The translations under genes were made by a program, and so were the position numbers. Below are positions 58,301 to 64,000 of a stretch of 64,000 nucleotides of DNA, one piece after another. Origin of the DNA: a virus; IMG/VR virus record IMGVR_UViG_3300046167_000876; one strand, given 5' to 3'. How positions within the stretch are numbered: position 1 is the stretch's first letter; each line of letters starts with the position of its first letter. The notes under the pieces were generated by a model, which worked only from the letters and a program-made list of their open reading frames with translations, was not told the DNA's origin and ran no database searches.

Positions 58301-61300
58301 CCTGATTTAGATGTTTTAAGAGATGCATATTTTGAAAAATATATAACTAATTATGATGTAACTGATTTTGTTAGATTAATAAAATTCTTTGATAATTCAT
58401 TATTTAAAATGATAGAAGATTTTACTCCTGCAAGAACAAGTTTATCTTCTGGTGTTGTTATTAAACAACATTTATTAGAAAGAAATAGACAAAGACCAGC
58501 TCAGGTAACTTCTTCTTTCCATAATTATTCAGGCTCAGTTAGAAATTTACCTAAAAATTATAGTTTAGGATCAAATGATTATCCACAATATTCAGATTCG
58601 GGTTCTGCTATATATAAATTTAGTGGAGGTACAGGTGGTGGATTTGAACCTTTTAATGGTTTACAAACTTACCCATCTGGAACCTTAAATTTAGGTCCTG
58701 ATAATAGATATTTTGTAACACAAAGTTGGAATGAAGCTTGGGAATCTATTAGTGGTTCAGCTCCAATTGATAGAACAGATCAAAGAGAATTTTATAATGG
58801 AGAGTTTAGTGGTTCTAATATTGAAGTAGGTTTAAATGATATTTGTAGTGCATATTTTAAAGTTAGTATGACTGAATATAGATATATACCTGTATTTTGG
58901 AGTGCTGATGGAAATAATAATACTAATACTATTTCTGAACAAGACTTCTTAGACCCAAGTAATCAACCTCCATCAGGGTTTGTATGGTTTTGGAATAATG
59001 GTCAAACTTTAAGTACTAATAGTGATGGAGTTGTAACTTATATAAAAATGTCTTTAGAGACATATAATGGTTATAATATTGCTTCTTTTATACAGGGAGT
59101 TGAATTTATTATATTTAGTTTTAGTAATGCAACAGATTTTAATGGGAATATATTAACTGAAAGAAATGCTACATATTATATAGAATCAGTAGCAATCCAA
59201 CCAGCAGATTTATCACCAAATGCTAATAGTGTTGGTGCCGCTTTAGCTTTTACAGTACCAGAAATTTCATCAACTGCTGTTTCTTCTGCAGATTCTGCAT
59301 TTTTTGATTTTAACTTTTCAGCAAGTGGAGACTTTATTTGGTATGCTACAGATGATACAAGTACTGATCCTGATGTAGTAATAAACACAGGAATATCATC
59401 CTCAATACCACAAGGTTATTTCCCCTTACCTGGAAGTCCTTTAGTAAACAAAAACTACCCTACAGAATCATTTTTTAGAGGTTGGGCTAGTTCTAATTTT
59501 TATCAAAATGGTACTTTTATATCTTCTACAGGTATATTAAGTGATGTATTAGATAACTTTAATACAGGATCACATGAAATAGATAATACTGATACTACAT
59601 TACAGTCAGGAACAGATCCCGCAAGTAATTACCCATGGTTTATGAATGCTCATTTAGACCAACAGGGAAGTAGCTGGATACAAATTCCATCAGAATCATT
59701 TTTAGATTATTCTAATATTCCGGATTCATCAGTAGGACCTGTAGCAACAAATAATTATTTTAATATAGCTTGGACTAGCCAAAGTTCGGCTCAAGGAGTA
59801 AATTATTATTATAATGCTAGCAATAATGCTATTTATATATCTGGTTCTCAATTTCAAAACGATTTAAAAACCCCAGGTGCTTTATATTCAAGTAGTCTAG
59901 TAGCACAAATAATATCTCAAGGAACTAATCTACCAGGAGGTTATACTCCTCCGGGTCAAACAAGTTTAACAATCCCAATTTCTAATGATAATGAATTATG
60001 GGTATACCAAGGAGAAAATAGTGGATTTACTGCTGGAGGTGAATGGCAAAATGCTGCCCCAGATGCAAATGCTTGGAGATATAATAGATATATCCATAGA
60101 CCATTTAAAATTTATTATTTAACAGAAACAGGATCAGGAGCTCCAAGTGAACCCTATTTAGAATATGATCCTATGGTATATAGTGGTAGTCCGATTATTT
60201 CGTTAACTGGTCCTCCACCCTATTATGATGATGTACGACGAAAATTTGCAACTATGTTGGGTACACAAGGAAATATTCCAAATACCTTAACCTATCAAAA
60301 ACCTTTAAATGCAACAGAAACTTTCCCATCAGTAACTCAAACATCAGGAAGTTTTCAAATATATAGTGAATTAAGACAAGTAAGACCTTTTATATTTACA
60401 ACTTACCAAACTAAACTAAATATTCCAGGTGCTATAGGTCCAGCTATTGGTTCTGGTTCAGCAATATCGATTTCACAATCAGATGGTACTCCTTTTGCTA
60501 CATTAAGAATGTATCAAAATGAACAAGCTTCTGTACCACCACCAACTCCAACTGGAAATTCTTATGATGTAACTTGTAATGATTTTATATGTCAACTTTA
60601 TTATACTGATGAAGATGGAGTGCTTACAGGACCTATTTCAATGCTTAATACTCAAACAGTAGCTATTTGTGCAGATGCTAGTTTAAATCAAAGTCAAGTT
60701 ATATCTCCAATTTCGTTTGGTAGTTTTTCAATTGTATTAGATGTAAATAATACAAATGGAGCTTGTTCAGCAGTTATTACTAATCCATTAGGAGGAGGAG
60801 GAGGTGGATTTAACCTACTTGGTGGTACTTATGTTAATCAACATCCTTATTTTTATGATTTAACAACCAATAATGGTGAAACAGTTCAAAATTCTACAGC
60901 TTTAGGATTTGGGCAAGATCCAATATTATTTGGAGAACTTTATGATGGTGAAAATACATCATCACTATCTCTTTTAACTGGAACACAACCCGCAGGAGAT
61001 CAAACCTTACCTGATATAATATTTCCTAGAGGAGATTATATCTTCACAATGAGTGATTTTGATACTGGTAGATTTACTAATGGTAGAACAGAATTTGGTT
61101 TATGGACTAGATTTGGAGATTATGCAACTTATGATTTAGAAAACCAAGTAGGATCAGGACATAACCCTATTACTATAGATTATAAAGATACAAATAATAC
61201 ATCACAAACTATAGATGTATATCAATTTGCAGCTGTTAGTTTTGATGGAGTTGGTCTAAGTCCTGGAGCTGATAATGGAGGAGCACAAAATATAAGTGAA

Positions 61301-64000
61301 GATATGCGATTCTTTGGTTTTCCATTTGGTCCTTCATATCGTAGAATAAATATTACAATTGGTGGTGATTATAATGTTAGACTTTTTAGAAATCAAAATG
61401 CTGGTAATCTAAGAATATATATTAATAATGATATTACAACCACAGGACAAATAACATCAGCAGATGGATCCTCAGTATATTCATTACAATCAGGTTTATT
61501 ATCTGCTGATACAACAATTACATTACAAGCAGGACAACAGTTAGTATTATCTGTTGAAAATCCAGTTGTAGGATTATCAGTTAATTTTAGTGAAATATAT
61601 AATACTTCATTACCAAACCCGCAAATTGATGCTGTTGTAGGTAGTCCATTTCCAAATGAACTTACAACTTGGAATAATCCTTATGTAGTAACAGGATCAG
61701 TAAGTAATAGATATGTAGGTGGAGTACCAATACCAGCAGGTTTTGCAACTAAAATTATAGATGCATATGTTGTATATTCTCAATCTGCAACTTCAAGTTT
61801 AGATGGTGCCTATATATTTGATGTAACACCACAATTTGGAACATTGTCAATGACTGCTTCTGTTTTTGTACAAGCTTTTGATGCCTCTGCTCCTACATCA
61901 GCATTATATGGAAATGCTGAATATGGAACTGATGAATATGGCGGATCAGGAATTAGCCCAGCAGCGGGTGGTACATGGACAACAGCATCTCTAATAATAT
62001 ATTCAGGTTCAGCAAACAACTTCCCTAATGAAATGCCAGAATTAGGTGGAGATATAATGTATATAACTAGTTCATATAGTACAGCTCATGGAAATGGAAA
62101 AAGAATTACATTACAAGAAAATATTTTACCTGCTCAATTAGATTATAATACAGTTTTAAAAATGGCTTTATTAGTAAGCAGTGGATCTAATAACGCAGCA
62201 GTAGTTCAAAAGGGACTTATTGTTACTGAATATAGTATGAGTTTTTCTTCATCAATTCCTCCTAATGTAGATCCTTCTATACCTACTGTATTTAGTGATG
62301 ATTCTAACTTTAATCTTGCTTTAGATTGCCAACCTTTATTAAATAATTATAGTGAAGGAAGAAAAAATGATAGATTACAAGATGTAGATTATAATTTTGG
62401 TACAGTTATACCAAGTAATTGGCAACAAATTATTGACTTTTCAGCTTCAAGAGCCTCAGTACCTGAATCTAATTATACTAAATTTTCATCTGCAAATCCT
62501 AGATATTTTGGTACTCGAACAAATAGTGCTAAAATAAATTCATGGACTCCTGGTGATTCTGGTGGATATGGAAAATTACCAAATATTGAAATATCAAGAG
62601 GATTTTTAGCTTATTTTAAAAATACTACAGATTTATATCCTTTATTAAATAATACTACTCAATATAACATACAATATTTAATTGGACAAGATGGAGCTGC
62701 TACTCAACCTAAATTATCAGATATTACTTTATATAATGTTCAAGGTACATTTGATTCATATCCTGAGATATCTAAAGGAACAGTAGCTTTAAATCAAAAT
62801 ACAGATAATACTATATTAAATCCTTTAAATGGGTTAGTTGAATTTAAAAAAGTAACCCAAAAACCAGTTCCTATTATATACACTCAGAAATCAAATTTAT
62901 TCCCTATAACATCTTCTTTTGATACCGCTACAGGCCTACCAGATGAGTTTTGTGAGGGACTAGATTTGATTGGAGATGAACCTGTGGATCCTACTATTGT
63001 TCCAACTTTTGCAAATTATGGTTTTTTAGCCGAAAGTGAAGAAGTTGGGGTACAAGGAATAAACTTTACTGATGAATTTAATTCAACAGTCAAAAACCCA
63101 AATGGGAATGTTTCTCCTAATGTTACAGCTTCATTTGTAGATGGTAGTACTACTTATCAAGTATATGATACTGCAACAGGAATAATAAGAATCCCAAATG
63201 ACGATGATTATCCAGTAGGTAATGCAGGCAATGGTAATTCTACTTCTCAACCTTATACTTTAGAAATGAAAGTAGGTATTGATACTTCCCCTCTTACTTA
63301 TGCAGTTCAAACTTCAAATGAGAGTAAAAGTGGTAATTATAATACTTCTGTACAATTGGGAAGTATGAACATTAAGTTTCAAAGAACAAATACTCAAGGT
63401 CCTTCTAGTACCTCATTTAATACCTTTGCTACCATCAAATGTTAAAGTTGAATTAGTAACTTATATACTACAATCAGATGGTAATCTTTTAACAAATACT
63501 ATTAATTATTCACAAGTAGCCCTCTGCTTATATTACCGGTACTTCAGGAACTGGTGGAGTTACAGTTAATTGGAATGCCGATGTGATTGATGGTTTACTT
63601 GCTAATCAAGGTATAACTGCTCAAGCAGTACAATTAGGAGGTACTATTCAAAAACAAAGATGGTATGTTTCATGTACAGTACCTTCATCTACTATTAGAC
63701 AAGGTAGAAACTTTAGAGCTATAGGAACAGGTAATATGATTGTTTTAACCTCGGGTCAAAGAAATGTAGCATTAGATCCTGTATTTTTTCCAACGGGTCA
63801 AGGTGGTGGATTTGAAGTACGAATGGCATTAAATGGTGCACAAAGTAATCCTGTTACAGCAGCAGTTGCTCCTTTTTGGATATTTAAAGAAGATGGTAGT
63901 GGAAACAAAATTACTAATACTTTAATAATGAGTTCATCTCAAATGAATAAGGCATATGGAAGAGGATTTATTCAAAAAGATTTAATTTATACTTCAAGTT
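55372..64000 (+). CDS. very large baseplate/tail structural protein (gp7/tail protein I-like region plus beta-rich domains), 3'-truncated; insertions near 56096, 63431, 63520
   Basis: ISEISSDRTEIRL in the N-terminal part; YHNLPYLLKTKGT..GLRALITSYGI; frame stays open to the window end after removing single extra bases. Confidence 0.7.

Noticed and set aside
224-62019. Other short antisense or overlapping ORFs (e.g. 224, 684, 2972, 11132, 12215, 18472, 21128, 21313, 26881, 29396, 29843, 31465, 32978, 37585, 37878, 38785, 47862, 53489, 59176, 61810)
   Set aside because: Overlap better-supported plus-strand genes; no motifs or start context
1-64000. Bacterial chromosome origin suggested by groEL, fabH and rml genes
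   Set aside because: T4-type polymerase, clamp, clamp loader, sigma and baseplate genes plus dense small ORFs indicate a phage genome

Overview
A 64 kb piece of a large, AT-rich (roughly 28-30% GC by eye) tailed dsDNA phage with T4-type replication and baseplate genes, i.e. a myovirus. The host is most likely a Bacteroidota/Flavobacteriia bacterium. Evidence for the host: repeated TTTG-N19/20-TATATTTA promoters, no consistent Shine-Dalgarno sites, a Flavobacteria-like FabH, an Hc1-like protein and a lipoprotein with a C-SKEE export signal. Gene order: (1) 7-deazaguanine genes (queD, queE, folE) with a phosphoribosyltransferase and a MazG-like pyrophosphatase; (2) a family B DNA polymerase split into two genes, then sliding clamp, hsp20, groES, groEL and clamp loader; (3) a ~12 kb glycosyltransferase and nucleotide-sugar cluster; (4) ~17 kb of small early-type genes behind repeated promoter/5'-hairpin cassettes; (5) a gp55-like sigma factor and a baseplate/tail module. 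Best leads: an unannotated ArfA/BrfA-like ORF with a terminator inside its own coding sequence (29572-29730); a 5'UTR-3'UTR duplex enclosing hsp20; repeated promoter cassettes whose 5' hairpins covary; a GC-rich ~100 nt candidate ncRNA (32754-32852); strong [S/T]-[G/A/S]-S enrichment in virion proteins, possibly a phage glycosylation sequon; and a possible pre-replicative route for 7-deazaguanine incorporation. About a dozen single-base insertions break genes and look like sequencing or consensus errors. All calls come from motif recognition by eye; no searches were run.
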